A stretch of DNA of 64,000 bases from an uncultured Verrucomicrobiae bacterium (GTDB lineage Bacteria > Verrucomicrobiota > Verrucomicrobiia > Chthoniobacterales > UBA10450), in NCBI GenBank assembly GCA_963726745.1, contig CAVSDR010000006.1, forward strand, positions 224,001 to 288,000. Reading direction: 5' to 3'. Each line of letters begins with the position of its first letter. Position 1 is the stretch's first letter. This document shows, piece after piece, positions 10,852-22,093 of this stretch. The position numbers were made by a program, and so were the translations under genes. Under the pieces are notes generated by a model. The model was not told the origin of the DNA. It was given only the letters and a program-made list of their open reading frames with translations, and made no database searches.

Positions 10852-11262
10852 TTAGCCTTCCCAGAAAAATTCCGTGGGCCGCTCGATCTCCGGCGGAAGG
10901 CTCTGGTGGACCGGGCAATGGCGCGCCGCATTCTCCAGCAAGGCGCGCTGCGGCGTGCTCGGTGGCAGCGGCAGATGCACCTCCGATGGCAGCGACACGA
11001 TCCGGCGAGGCGCGTCTTTCGACATCCCCTTCTGCACTTTCACGGTCATGCCGCGGACATCGAGCCCATGCTCCTCGGCGGCCATCGCGAGGATCGTGGC
11101 CATGCAAGTGCCGAGCGCAGTCGCGACGAGGTCGGTGGGCGAGAAGGATTCGCCTTTGCCTTTGTTATCGCAGGGGGCATCGGTCGCGAGTTCGTTGCCG
11201 GAGGGACCGTGAGTGGCGGCACAATGGAGCTCGCCGGAGTAGCGGATGGAGATGTCGACCAT
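10852..11262 (-). CDS. OsmC family protein
   Basis: TDAPxDNKGKGESFSPTDLVATALGTC and HCPVHQSL Cys pair. Confidence 0.85.
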   Translation of the reverse strand: MVDISIRYSGELHCAATHGPSGNELATDAPCDNKGKGESFSPTDLVATALGTCMATILAMAAEEHGLDVRGMTVKVQKGMSKDAPRRIVSLPSEVHLPLPPSTPQRALLENAARHCPVHQSLPPEIERPTEFFWEG

Positions 11263-11295
11263 GCGCGCAATATGCCGCAGCTTCCGCGGTCGCCC

Positions 11296-11331
11296 AACGA
11301 AAAGGCGGATCGCACTCACATGCGATCCGCC
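11296..11331 (-). terminator. Intrinsic terminator after the PA2169-family gene
   Basis: Perfect 11-bp stem GGCGGATCGCA/TGCGATCCGCC (11304-11331), followed on the minus strand by TTTTCGTT. Confidence 0.7.
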
Positions 11332-11358
11332 CCAGTTACGGTTCGTTAGTCTGCGGAC

Positions 11359-11820
11359 TTAGCTGGCGTTCTTCGCCGCATCGCGCAGCGAGCGGATGCG
11401 ATCGTGGGCCTGCTTGACCTCGGCATACTGCTTCGAGACGACATCGCGCGCCGGCCCAGTGAGGGCGTCGCCTTCCATGGCTTTCTTGTATTCGGCCACG
11501 GCGGAATCTTCCCCGCGCTCGCACTCGGCCAGGATTTGGTGATCGTTCCGGCTGGTGATCGCGGACTTCAGATTGATCCAGGCGCGGTGCAGCGCACCCG
11601 CAGTGCTGCTGCTATCCTCCGGATTCGATTCGCCGAGCTGGACGACGTGGCTCTGCAATTCGCCGGCAAATTTCGAACGCTGCAGCGAATATTCGCCCAA
11701 GAGGGTCTTCAGTTGGGAATCGTTGACTGCTTCCGCTGCTTGGCGAAAGCCTTCCTGCCCGTCCTTCAAGGTCTCGATCAGACTGTTGAGGGTGGAAATG
11801 GTTTCTTTGGTTTGGCTCAT
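11359..11820 (-). CDS. PA2169 family four-helix-bundle protein (DUF2383-like)
   Basis: LNSLIETLKDGQEGF, GALHRAWINLKSA, ILAECERGEDSAVAEY, HDRIRSLRD. Confidence 0.85.
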   Translation of the reverse strand: MSQTKETISTLNSLIETLKDGQEGFRQAAEAVNDSQLKTLLGEYSLQRSKFAGELQSHVVQLGESNPEDSSSTAGALHRAWINLKSAITSRNDHQILAECERGEDSAVAEYKKAMEGDALTGPARDVVSKQYAEVKQAHDRIRSLRDAAKNAS

Positions 11821-11918
11821 AATAATAAGGATACGTTTCCCGCGGCCAAACGAGTGCTTCCGGAGCCGCATTTTCTCGCGCGAAGTTGCCTAGGCGCCGT
11901 TCCGCCCTAGCGTCTCCG

Positions 11919-12365
11919 ATGAACAAAACTGCGAAAGATCTGACCAAGGAAGCCCCGCGTAGCCCGAAGACGCGGCTGGGCGGTTACGTGATCCTGGCCC
12001 GCACCCTGGACAAATGCCGCGCGCTCCTCTGGAGCAACATCGGCGACTATCACTTCGATTGCCCGCTCGATAACATTCTGTTCGGCTGGAAAGGTATCGT
12101 CGGCGATGACTTCAAGGCCGCGGTGGAAAAGGGCGCGAGTGACGAGGAAATGGTGCAATGGGTCAACGAGCACGGCGAGAAAAAGACGGCCGAGGAGATC
12201 AAGGCCTGGAGCGACGAGATGGAAACGGTGAACCCCTACGAGAACCCCGAGAAGCGCGAGTGGTTCGTCGAGCAGGTGAAGCCCCACAATCTCGACCCGG
12301 CGAAGACCACGCTCTTCGAGTGGCTCGACGTGGACGACCGCGCGAGCTACCAAGCCGCTGCCTAA
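11919..12365 (+). CDS. DUF5069-like protein
   Basis: DLTKEAPRSP..LGGYVILARTLDKCRA..IGDYHFDCPLD...LFEWLDVDD pattern. Confidence 0.7.
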   Translation: MNKTAKDLTKEAPRSPKTRLGGYVILARTLDKCRALLWSNIGDYHFDCPLDNILFGWKGIVGDDFKAAVEKGASDEEMVQWVNEHGEKKTAEEIKAWSDEMETVNPYENPEKREWFVEQVKPHNLDPAKTTLFEWLDVDDRASYQAAA

Positions 12366-12420
12366 TTTTCCCGTCGGCGCTAAGCGGAAAGGTCCGCGCG
12401 CACGGCGACATTCGATTGCT

Positions 12421-12459
12421 CAGGGTGCTGGCTAATTAGCCGGCACCCTGAACTTTTTT
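12421..12459 (+). terminator. Terminator-like hairpin built from two inverted motif-B copies
   Basis: CAGGGTGCTGGCT-AATT-AGCCGGCACCCTG: 13-bp stem with one U.G wobble on the + transcript, followed by AACTTTTTT. Confidence 0.65.
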
Positions 12460-14122
12460 ATGGCCCTGTCACTCCATCCGCAGCATCTCAACCGCTACCG
12501 CCAGATCGCCTGGCTCTTCGCGAAATACGGCCGCTCCGACCTGGTCAAGAAGGCCGGCCTGGAAGGCGCGCTCGAGGCCGAGCAGGCCCCGACTCCCAAG
12601 GAAGAAGCGAAAGCGAGCGAGCTCGCGAGCGATCTCGAGCAGCTCGGCCCCACCTTCGTAAAGCTGGGCCAGCTCCTCTCCACGCGGGTGGAGTTGATGC
12701 CGCAGGCTTACCTCGAAGCGCTCGCGCGATTGCAGGACAAGGTGGAGCCGTTTGGGTTCGACGAGGTCGAGAAAATCGTCGCCTCCGAGCTGGGCGTAAG
12801 GCTCTCGAAGGCGTTCTCGGAATTCGAGTCGACCCCGATCGCCGCGGCCTCGTTAGGCCAGGTGCATCGCGCGCGCCTGCGCAGCGGCCAGCGGGTGGCG
12901 GTGAAGGTGCAGCGGCCGGGCATTCGCGAAAAAATGCTCGAGGACCTGGACGCGCTCGACGAGATCGCGGGCTTCCTCGATCGGCATACCGAGGCGGGCG
13001 AGCGTTACGAGTTTGGCCCGATGCTGGAGCAATTCCGCAAGAGCCTCCTGCGCGAGCTGGATTACCGGCAGGAGGCAAACAACCTCGTGACCCTGGGCCA
13101 GCAGCTGGCGGAATTCCCGCGCGTGCTCGTGCCGCAACCGATCGCCGACTACAGCACCTCGCGCGTGCTCACGATGGAGTATGTGCAGGGCCGGAAGATC
13201 ACCGACCTGAGTCCCGCTCGGGCGGATGGAATTCGACGGCGCGGAATTAGCCGACGAGTTGTTCAAGGCCTACCTCCACCAGATTTTAGTCAACGGCTTC
13301 TTCCACGCCGATCCGCACCCGGGAAATGTTTTCCTGACAGACGACTACCGCGTGGCCCTGATCGATCTCGGCATGGTCGGACGGATCATGCCGGGCTTGC
13401 AGGAGCAGCTCCTGCAATTGCTCCTCGCGATCGCCGATGGGCGAGGCGACGAAGCGGCCGACATCGCAATCAAGATCGGCGAAAAGAAAGAGCACTTCGA
13501 CGAGACGGAATTCCGCCGACGCATCGCGGACATCGTGGCCATGCAACAGGGCGCGACGGTCGAACAGATGCAGGTGGGGCGGCTAGTCCTGGAGGTCACG
13601 CAAGTCTCGGCGGAGAGCTCGATCCGCGTGCCCTCGGAGCTGACCATGCTCGGGAAAACGCTGCTTAATCTGGATCAGGTGGGGCGCGCGATTGAGCCGG
13701 AGTTCGACCCGAATGCGGCGATTCGCCGGGAAGCGGGTGAGATTCTCCAGCGCCGCCTGCTCCGGAGTTTATCGCCGGGAAATCTCTTCAGCGGGGTGCT
13801 CGAGTTAAAGGATCTGCTGCAGCGCTTGCCGGCGCGAATCAACAAGATCCTCGACGCGGTCGCGAACAACGAACTCAAGGTCTCGGTCGACGCGATCGAT
13901 GAGAAGACGCTTATCGTCGGCTTCCAGAAAGTAGCCAACCGGATCACCGTGGGCCTGATCATCGCGGCCTTGATCGTGGGCGCAGCAATGATGATGCGAG
14001 TCGACACGAGCTTTCGCATCTGGGGTTATCCCGGCCTCGCGATCCTGCTCTTCCTCGGCGCCGCCGCGGCCGGGATCACGCTGATGATCAATATTTTCTT
14101 TTACGACAAATCCGACCACTAA
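12460..14122 (+). CDS. AarF/UbiB/ABC1 family kinase, frameshifted near 13220
   Basis: LGPTFVKLGQLLSTR, AAASLGQVHRA, VAVKVQRPG, ELDYRQEA in the first frame; FFHADPHPGN and IDLGMVG plus C-terminal TM helices in the second. Confidence 0.9.
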
Positions 14123-14142
14123 GTCGGTCCCCAAAACGCTGC

Positions 14143-15753
14143 CTAACGAGGAGTAATCGGCGGAAGGGTGTCTTCGGTATCGCCGGTGTCGATGCCCTGC
14201 TGCAAGCGGCTGTGTTTCACGCCGTAGAGGAAGTAAATCACCAGGCCGATGGCCAGCCAGACAAAGAACCGAACCCAGGTCTCGATTGGCAGGCTGAGCA
14301 TAAGGGCGGCGCAGAAGAAAACACCGAGGCCGGGGAAAAGCGGAACGAACGGAACCCGGAAGGGCCGCGGCCGATCCTTGTCTTTCTTCCGGAGCACGAT
14401 CACGCCGATGCAGACAAGCATGAAGGCGAAGAGCGTGCCGATGTTGGTCAGTTCGGCGAGCGATCCGATGTCGGTGAACATGGCCACGCCACCAACGACC
14501 AGGCCGGTGAGAATCGTGGTGACGTAGGGCGTGCGAAAGCGCGGATGAATCGTGGAGAACCAGCGTGGGAGCAAGCCATCGCGCGACATCGCCATGAAGA
14601 TGCGGGGCTGGCCGAGTTGGAAGACGAGCAAGACCGAAGTGAGGCCGGCGAGGGCGCCCGCGCTGATCAAGGCTTGCGCCCATGGTTTGGCGGCGAAGGC
14701 GGAAGCGACCGCGGCGGAGTCGCCCAGGTAAGCGGTGTATTTCTTCATCCCGGTAAGGACAAAGGACATGAGCACGTAAAGGATGGTGCAGATGATCAGG
14801 CTCGCGATCATCCCGATGGGTAAATCGCGTCGCGGATTTTTGGTTTCCTCGGCGGTGGTCGAGACCGCATCGAAGCCGATGAAGGCGAAGAAAACAATCG
14901 CCGCGCCACTCATGACGCCGCCAAATCCGCTCGGCATAAACGGGTGCCAGTTGCCGGGATTGACCAGAAAAGCGCCGTAGGAAATCACGAAGACTACGAC
15001 CGCGAGTTTGATGATCACGATGGTGGTATTAGCCCGCGCGCTTTCCTTGATCCCGTAAATCAGGAGCACGGTGACGGCGGCGACGATGAAGAATGCTGGC
15101 AAATTAATCGCGAACGGATGCCCGGCGATTACCGGGAGCGTGGTCGATGAGAAATCGCCCAAGGCCGCGCCACCTTTAGCGATCATGGTTTGCGCGCTGG
15201 TGTGATCGCTCACCAGCCAGAGCGGAAATTTTATCCCGATGTTCGCCAGCAACTGCACAAAGTAACCGGACCAGCCAACCGCCACCGCCATGTTGCCGAC
15301 CGCATATTCAAGGATCAAATCCCACCCGATAATCCAGGCGACGATCTCTCCCAAAGTCGCGTAGGAATAAGTGTAAGCCGAGCCGGAGACCGGAATCATT
15401 GAGGCGAGTTCGCTGTAGCAAAGAGCCGCGAAGCCGCAGGCAATCGCCGCGACGACAAACGACAGCGCCACCGCCGGTCCTGCGGCCGGCCGACCGAAGA
15501 CCAGGTCAGTCCCCTGAATCCAGGAGATGAGGAAATTGAGCACCGGCGTGCGGATGATCGATTCGCCGATGCGCGCTGATTCGCCCGCGGCGGCCGTGCC
15601 GGCGAGCGCGAAGATGCCGGCGCCAATGATCGCGCCGATCCCGAGGCAGGTGAGATCGAAGGCTGTGAGCGAGCGCTTCATCAGCCGGTCGGGCGCCTCC
15701 GATTCGCGGATCAGGAGTTCAGGGCTTTTGGAGCGGAAAAATTTCGAGGCCAT
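14143..15753 (-). CDS. APC-family amino acid permease
   Basis: GIGAIIGAGIF, SGSAYTYSY, FFAFIGFDAVST, NIGTLFAF; multiple TM helices. Confidence 0.92.
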   Translation of the reverse strand: MASKFFRSKSPELLIRESEAPDRLMKRSLTAFDLTCLGIGAIIGAGIFALAGTAAAGESARIGESIIRTPVLNFLISWIQGTDLVFGRPAAGPAVALSFVVAAIACGFAALCYSELASMIPVSGSAYTYSYATLGEIVAWIIGWDLILEYAVGNMAVAVGWSGYFVQLLANIGIKFPLWLVSDHTSAQTMIAKGGAALGDFSSTTLPVIAGHPFAINLPAFFIVAAVTVLLIYGIKESARANTTIVIIKLAVVVFVISYGAFLVNPGNWHPFMPSGFGGVMSGAAIVFFAFIGFDAVSTTAEETKNPRRDLPIGMIASLIICTILYVLMSFVLTGMKKYTAYLGDSAAVASAFAAKPWAQALISAGALAGLTSVLLVFQLGQPRIFMAMSRDGLLPRWFSTIHPRFRTPYVTTILTGLVVGGVAMFTDIGSLAELTNIGTLFAFMLVCIGVIVLRKKDKDRPRPFRVPFVPLFPGLGVFFCAALMLSLPIETWVRFFVWLAIGLVIYFLYGVKHSRLQQGIDTGDTEDTLPPITPR

Positions 15754-15840
15754 TGCTTATCCTTCGTTCGTTAGGCGGCGGGCGCGTGCGTCGCGCCGCC
15801 GGAAAGTTCGGCGGATCGTCTCACTGCCGCGGCCCGCAGA

Positions 15841-17373
15841 TCAATGACGAAAATGCCGGATGCCGGTAAAGATCATCGCCAGGTCGCGCGCATCCGCGGC
15901 CGCAATCACCTCTTCGTCGCGCACCGATCCGCCCGGTTGGATGGCCGCGCGCGCGCCAGCATCGGCGGCCGCGATCAAGCCGTCGGCAAACGGAAAGAAG
16001 GCGTCGCTCGCAACCGCGCTGCCGGCGAGGGAAAGGCCGGCTTCCTCGGCCTTCCAAATGGCGATGCGCGAAGCGTCGACGCGCGACATCTGGCCGGCGC
16101 CGATCCCAAGCGTGCGATCGGCGGCGGCGTAAACGATCGCGTTCGACTTCACGTTCTTCACCACGCGCCAGCCGAAGAGCATCGCTGCCAGCTCCGCTTT
16201 CGTCGGCGGCCGTTTCGTGACGACTTTCGCTTCCAAATCGGCCAGCTTCTCCCCGAGGTCGCGATCCTGCACCAGCAGGCCGCCGCAGACGGAACGGAGA
16301 TCCATCTCCTCGTCGCGTTTCGTCTCCACCGGCAACGCCCGGATGAGGCGCAGGTTTTTCTTCTTTTGCAGAAGCGCGCGCGCCTCCGCGGAGAAATCGG
16401 GCGCGATGATTACCTCGCTGAAGATCTCGCTGATGGCTTTAGCCAGCGCCTCGTCGATCGGCTGGTTGCAAACGATCACGCCGCCAAAGGGCGCCTGCTT
16501 GTCGGTCGCGAACGCCTTCTCCCAGGCCGCGCGCAGGTTTTCGTCCGTGCCAACGCCGCAGGGATTGGTGTGCTTGAGAATTGCGACCGTCGGCTCGGCG
16601 AACTCCGCGATCAGGTTCGAGGCCGCGCTGATATCGAGAATGTTGTTAAACGAAAGCTCCTTGCCGTGGAGCTTCTCGAAGCAATCGTCGAAATTCCCGT
16701 AGAGCGCCGCGGTCTGGTGCGGGTTTTCGCCGTAGCGCAGGCGCGTGACCAGAGGCAGCGAGATGGAAAACGAGGCATCCGTGGTCTGCTCGCGGTTGAG
16801 GAATTTCGCGATCGTGCGGTCGTATTCCGAGGTCTTGATGAAGGCCTTGATCGCCAACCGCTCGCGGAGTTTCAGCGAAGTCTCGCCTTCGTGATCGCGG
16901 AGCGATTCAAGCACCGTGGAATAGTCAGCGGGATCAACCACGACGGTGACCGACTGGTAATTTTTCGCCGCGCTCCGAATCATCGACGGGCCTCCGATGT
17001 CGATTTGCTCGATCGCTTCCGCCAGGGTCACGCCTTCGCGCGCGATCGTTTTCTCGAACGGATAGAGGTTCACCACCACGAGATCGATCGGCTGGAAGCC
17101 CTGCTCGCGCGCCTGCTGCTCATGCAAGGCGTTGCCGCGCTTGTAGAGCAGGCCGCCGTGCACCCGTGGATGGAGGGTCTTCACCCGGCCCTCGAGCACT
17201 TCGGGGTAATCGGTGAAGCTGGAGATGTCGCGCACTGGCACTTGTTCCTGCCGGAGGAGTTCCGCGGTGCCGCCGGTGGAGATGATGTCGACGCCCATTT
17301 TCTCGAGCGCGCGAGCGAATTCGGCGATGCCAGCCTTGTCGGAGACGGAGATGAGGGCGCGTTTGATTTTCAT
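15841..17373 (-). CDS. purH: Bifunctional AICAR transformylase/IMP cyclohydrolase
   Basis: [64 protein letters not shown]. Confidence 0.97.
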   Translation of the reverse strand: MKIKRALISVSDKAGIAEFARALEKMGVDIISTGGTAELLRQEQVPVRDISSFTDYPEVLEGRVKTLHPRVHGGLLYKRGNALHEQQAREQGFQPIDLVVVNLYPFEKTIAREGVTLAEAIEQIDIGGPSMIRSAAKNYQSVTVVVDPADYSTVLESLRDHEGETSLKLRERLAIKAFIKTSEYDRTIAKFLNREQTTDASFSISLPLVTRLRYGENPHQTAALYGNFDDCFEKLHGKELSFNNILDISAASNLIAEFAEPTVAILKHTNPCGVGTDENLRAAWEKAFATDKQAPFGGVIVCNQPIDEALAKAISEIFSEVIIAPDFSAEARALLQKKKNLRLIRALPVETKRDEEMDLRSVCGGLLVQDRDLGEKLADLEAKVVTKRPPTKAELAAMLFGWRVVKNVKSNAIVYAAADRTLGIGAGQMSRVDASRIAIWKAEEAGLSLAGSAVASDAFFPFADGLIAAADAGARAAIQPGGSVRDEEVIAAADARDLAMIFTGIRHFRH

Positions 17374-17419
17374 GCGAGAGGGAAGCGACGCGCGCGGCGC
17401 GTGCGATCGAGGAAAAAGC

Positions 17420-18349
17420 TCAGCGATCCAGCACGATGTGCTTCGCCATCGGGTAAAGCACCGGGCAGCAGCCGATGGTCTCGCAGAAGGCTTTGCTGAA
17501 ATGGCTCAGGCTGGAGTAGCCCACCTCGGTCGCAGCCTCGGTGACATTGTAGCGCCCGCTGCGCAGGAGTTCGGCCGCGCGCTCCATCCGGAGGTTGCGG
17601 AGGAATTGCGGGATGGTGAGCCCGACTTCGCGAGAAAAAATCCGGCTGAGATGGAACGGGCTGCAGCCGACCTCCTGGCCTAACGACTCCAAAGCCGGCG
17701 GATTCGCCAGGTCGCGCGCGAGCAATTCCTTCGTCCGCTGGACGCGGTCGCGCGAGACGCGCTTTTGCCGCATGCAAAAGAGCTCCGGATCCTTCGGCGC
17801 GAAAAGAAAGTGCGCCATCAGCTCGAGTGCTTTGCTGCGATACCAGAGGCTCTGCGCGGCGCGCGCCACCGGCGGCTCGAGCAAACTGCCGACAAGCTGG
17901 CGTTGCTCGCGGTTCATCAACTGCGGGGTCGAGACCACGTGCTCGTTTTTCTTCGGGAAAACCGCGCGCCGCACGAGCGGCTCGAGTTCACCGGCGCAGT
18001 CTGCCAGTTCCGCCTGCAAGTGCGCGCGGGAAAATTCCAAAGTCACAAACTGGTGGCGATCGTGTGCCCGGCGGGTCGCCGGCAGGGGCTCATCGGCGAG
18101 CGCGTAGTAACCGGCGCTGCCGGAGATGTAATCGCTCGGGGTGCGCGTGCCGACCGCGCCGCGGCCAGTCATGTTGAGGCAAAACTCCACGCTTTGCGGA
18201 CGAAAAGTGTGCCCCCAGTCAAGCGCCTGCTCGGGCCGGAAGTCGTGCCACTCGACGCTCACCCCGTCGCGGGCGAAGTCGCCATAGAGCGGACGCCAGC
18301 CGTGCGGCTGGTTGCGCCAATGGGTGCGCTCTGGCTCCTGCGTGCTCAT
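17420..18349 (-). CDS. AraC-family transcriptional regulator
   Basis: C-terminal double HTH ([16 protein letters not shown]...[20 protein letters not shown]). Start moved to ATG 18349. Confidence 0.88.
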   Translation of the reverse strand: MSTQEPERTHWRNQPHGWRPLYGDFARDGVSVEWHDFRPEQALDWGHTFRPQSVEFCLNMTGRGAVGTRTPSDYISGSAGYYALADEPLPATRRAHDRHQFVTLEFSRAHLQAELADCAGELEPLVRRAVFPKKNEHVVSTPQLMNREQRQLVGSLLEPPVARAAQSLWYRSKALELMAHFLFAPKDPELFCMRQKRVSRDRVQRTKELLARDLANPPALESLGQEVGCSPFHLSRIFSREVGLTIPQFLRNLRMERAAELLRSGRYNVTEAATEVGYSSLSHFSKAFCETIGCCPVLYPMAKHIVLDR

Positions 18350-18398
18350 CCCGCGCAATAAGCCTGCGGGCCACGGGAAATGCAAGACATGCGGCGGC

Positions 18399-19163
18399 TC
18401 AATTGCGATTGAAGAAATCTTCAAACGACCGCTGCACCCGCTCAAAGATGTGCCGCACGCCGTCGCGTCCCTGGCGAAAGACCCGCTTGATCTCAGCTTT
18501 GACGACATTCTCATCGCCCGCGTCTTCGTCGACCGTCTCCTCGTCGACGTAATCATCTCCAGGCGCAATCTCCGTGCGGCGGCGCTCGACTGGTGGCGCC
18601 GCTCCCGGCGCGGGCTCGCCGTTGATCATGTTCGCTCCGCGATAAAGCCCCTCGACGCGCGTGACCGTGCCGCGGCTGGCGTTGATCGTGATCGTGCCGA
18701 GGGACTGCTGCGCTTCATCCAAAACCGTGATCCGCCAGACCGGCACTTCGCGTTCGTTCACCCGCAGGGTGTAGGCGACGGAATGAAAATTTACGTGCGA
18801 TTGATCGGCGGTGTAGCTCGCCACTTTGAAGGCGCCGTCACTGTCGAGATTGAGCTTCGAAGTCGGAAGCGTCGCGCCGTGGCGCGCGCCCTCGGCAGAG
18901 TCGCGCGGCGCACCCTGCCGCAAAATACCCTGCGTGCTCACCTGAATTTCTCGAACGCCGGAGGGGCTTTCGCGGTCTACCAGCAGGATGCTCCAACGAG
19001 TCGGCTGCGGGTCCCCCGCGACCCCAGTGACAGAAATGATGTTCTTGAGCGCGCCACGACCGAGCTGGCGGCCGACCGTTTTCATGGCCTCGTATGCGGT
19101 CAACTGCTGCTCCGCCAGGGCCGAAGAAACAGTCAGCAAGATGAGCAGGAAGACTCTCCACAT
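18399..19163 (-). CDS. Hypothetical secreted protein with acidic C-terminal segment
   Basis: Signal peptide MWRVFLLILLTVSSALA; a LNLDSDGAFKVA...PVWRIT...INASRGTV segment is loosely PepSY-like. Confidence 0.6.
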   Translation of the reverse strand: MWRVFLLILLTVSSALAEQQLTAYEAMKTVGRQLGRGALKNIISVTGVAGDPQPTRWSILLVDRESPSGVREIQVSTQGILRQGAPRDSAEGARHGATLPTSKLNLDSDGAFKVASYTADQSHVNFHSVAYTLRVNEREVPVWRITVLDEAQQSLGTITINASRGTVTRVEGLYRGANMINGEPAPGAAPPVERRRTEIAPGDDYVDEETVDEDAGDENVVKAEIKRVFRQGRDGVRHIFERVQRSFEDFFNRN

Positions 19164-19259
19164 ACCGACGACACAAAGGCTGCGCCTGCGCGCTGTCCAA
19201 CCGTTTCGTGAATGGAGACTTGAAGAAGCGGTCATGAAAGTTCAGCCTGTGGGCCGTTG

Positions 19260-19661
19260 ATGAAGAAGAAAAAAGTCGAGTTCTCCAGCCACACGGGAAA
19301 TCTCGCCTTGATGCGGCGGTTCGTGCGGCGCTTCCTCGATGGGTATCCGTTTTCCGAGAAGGAGCGCACGCTCATGGTCCTGGGGGTGGACGAGGCCTGC
19401 ACGAATATTATTCGGCACGCCTACCACCTCGCGGAAGACCAGCCGATTGCGCTCTCGCTCGAAGAGAAAGCCGACTGCGTCTGCATGCGCCTGCGCGATT
19501 ACGGCAAGCAAAGTTCGCCGGAGAAAATGCGCGGCCGCGCGCACGATCTGATTAAGCCCGGCGGTCTCGGGTTGCACCTCATTCGCAACGCCTTTGATCG
19601 CGTCGACTACATCCTCAAGAGCCGCGGCACCGAGCTGGTGCTGACGAAGAAGCTCGGTTGA
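19260..19661 (+). CDS. RsbW-like anti-sigma factor / HATPase_c protein
   Basis: [37 protein letters not shown]. Confidence 0.85.
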   Translation: MKKKKVEFSSHTGNLALMRRFVRRFLDGYPFSEKERTLMVLGVDEACTNIIRHAYHLAEDQPIALSLEEKADCVCMRLRDYGKQSSPEKMRGRAHDLIKPGGLGLHLIRNAFDRVDYILKSRGTELVLTKKLG

Positions 19662-19722
19662 AGTCGCGGGCGCGCGCGAAAATATCCATTCGCCCGCCGC
19701 CTTCCATGCTAAGGGGAAGAAC

Positions 19723-20724
19723 GTGAATCCACCGGTGCCAGATCCCTCGTTCGAAGTCTCGCTGCGGCCGCCGATGTTCAGCGAGTTCACCGGGCAGGCG
19801 AAGGTCTGCGAGCGGTTGGAGCTCTTGGTCGAAGCCGCGAAGAAGCGCGGCGACGTGCTTGAGCACATTCTCTTGAGCGGTCCGCCCGGACTCGGGAAGA
19901 CCACGCTGGCGAACATCATCGCCAACGCCATGGGCGTGAACGTGAAGAATACCAGCGGGCCGGTGATTGAAAAAGCGGGTGAGCTCGCGGGCTTGCTCAC
20001 TTCGTTGGAAAAAGGCGACGTCCTCTTCATTGACGAAATCCATCGGCTGCAGCCGACGATCGAGGAATATCTCTACCCGGCGATGGAGGACTACCGGCTC
20101 GACATCATCATCGACCAAGGGCCACAGGCGCGCTCGCTCCGGCTGCAGTTGCCGAAGTTCACTCTCATCGGCGCGACCACGCGCGCGGGCATGGTGAGTG
20201 CGCCGTTGCGCTCGCGCTTTGGGATGACCGCGCGGCTGGACTACTACGCCGCCGATGAGATGCACAAAATCATCACGCGCAGCGCGGGCCTGCTCGGGGT
20301 GGAGATCGACGACGCCGGCGCCGCAGAAATTGCCGCGCGCACCCGCGGGACGCCGCGCACCGCGAATAATCTGCTGCGCTGGGTGCGCGACTACGCGCAG
20401 GTGAAAGCAGACGGCAAGATCACCGCGGAAATCGCCGATCGCGCCTTGAGCATGCTCGAGATCGATCGCGATGGTTTCGATCAATGGGATAAGCGCGTGA
20501 TCGAAGCGCTGATCCATAAATTCAACGGCGGTCCGGTCGGCTTGAACTCGTTAGCCGTAGCGATCGGCGAGGAAGCCGGCACGCTTGAGGAAGTGAACGA
20601 GCCTTACCTGATCATGGAAGGCTACATCAAGCGCACCCCGCAAGGGCGCGTGGCCTTGCCGAACGCCTACCGCAAGCTCGGCCTGAAGCCGCCAGTCGGC
20701 CCGCAGAGCGAGCTCTTCGGCTAA
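19723..20724 (+). CDS. ruvB: Holliday junction branch migration helicase
   Basis: [45 protein letters not shown]. Confidence 0.97.
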   Translation: MNPPVPDPSFEVSLRPPMFSEFTGQAKVCERLELLVEAAKKRGDVLEHILLSGPPGLGKTTLANIIANAMGVNVKNTSGPVIEKAGELAGLLTSLEKGDVLFIDEIHRLQPTIEEYLYPAMEDYRLDIIIDQGPQARSLRLQLPKFTLIGATTRAGMVSAPLRSRFGMTARLDYYAADEMHKIITRSAGLLGVEIDDAGAAEIAARTRGTPRTANNLLRWVRDYAQVKADGKITAEIADRALSMLEIDRDGFDQWDKRVIEALIHKFNGGPVGLNSLAVAIGEEAGTLEEVNEPYLIMEGYIKRTPQGRVALPNAYRKLGLKPPVGPQSELFG

Positions 20725-20731
20725 AGCGGAT

Positions 20732-22083
20732 ATGCTGCCCGATTTCTTTCCGGAGACGGCGCGCGTCTTCACTGTTGGCGAGTTTACTCGCGCGGTCCGG
20801 AACACGCTCGAGGAACGGTTTGGCGCCGTTTGGGTGCAAGGCGAAGTCTCGAACTACAAGCAGCACGCTTCCGGGCACCAGTATTTCACGCTCAAGGATG
20901 CGCGCGCGGCCATCGCCTGCGTGGTCTTTCGGAACACGCTTCCGCCGGGCGTCTCGCCGCTGCGCGACGGCGCGCAGGTCCAAGTCTACGGCAACGTGAC
21001 CGTCTTCGAGGCGCGCGGGCAATATCAGTTGAGCGTGCAACTGGTGCAGACGCGCGGCGCCGGTCTCCTGCAGGCGAAGTTCGAGGCGCTCAAGCGCAAG
21101 CTCGAGGCCGAGGGGTTGTTCGCGCGCAAGAGAGCGCTGCCTAAATTTCCGCGCCGCATCGGCATCGTCACCTCGCCGAATGGCGCGGCCATCCGCGACA
21201 TGCTCAACGTGCTCCAGCGCCGCGCGCCCTCGGTCGAAATCCTGGTCAATCCCGTGCGCGTGCAGGGCGTCGGCGCGGCCACGGAAATAGCCGTCGCTTT
21301 GCGCGAGCTCTACACGGCGAACCAGTCCTGGGCGCCGCTCGATTTGCTGGTGGTAACACGCGGCGGCGGGAGCATCGAAGACCTCTGGGAGTTCAATGAG
21401 GAGATCGTGGCCCGCGCGATCTTCGATTCGCCGATCCCGGTGGTGAGCGCGGTGGGGCATGAGGTCGATTTCACGATTGCCGATTTCGTGGCTGACTTGC
21501 GCGCGCCCACGCCGAGCGCCGCCGCGGAATTGATCGTGCCGGATGTGCTCGAGGTCCTGCGCCGGGTCGATGAACTTGCTGTCTGTCTGGACCGCAACCT
21601 CCGCAATTTCGTGACTCAAAACCGCTTGCGCCTGCGCGCGCTCTCGGAGAAAGCGCTCGCGCGCGAGCTGACCCAGCGGCTGCGCGAGGCGAACCAGCGC
21701 CTCGACTTTGCGCGCGACGCGCTCCCGCGCGCGGCCCGCCGTGTTCTGCTCAGGAAGAACGCAGCCGCCTAACGACTCAAGCTCAGCAGGTGCAGGCGCA
21801 AAATCCCGCACGTGAAGTCGTCGCCTGTCGCGAGCGCGCGCTCGAATTGCAACGCCGTTTGGCGGTCTCGCCCGCGGCTGCTTTGGCGCAGGCCAGGCAG
21901 CGCTTCCGCCAGGGCGAAGGGATGCTGCGCGTGCTCGGGCCGGAGGCGACGCTCGGCCGCGGCTACAGCATCACCACCGCCACAGACGGCAGGATCATCC
22001 GCAGCGTTGCGGCCGTGGCCACCGGTGCGCGCGTGCGCACGCGGCTGGCCGATGGGACCTTCGAGGCGGAGGTGATCGCGTAG
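20732..22083 (+). CDS. xseA: Exodeoxyribonuclease VII large subunit, frameshifted near 21755
   Basis: VWVQGEVSN, SGHQYFTLKD, RGGGSIEDLWEFN, VGHEVDFTIADFVADLRAPTPSAAAE; C-terminal LGPEATLGRGYSI..LADG in a second frame. Confidence 0.92.
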
Positions 22084-22093
22084 CCCGTAAAGG

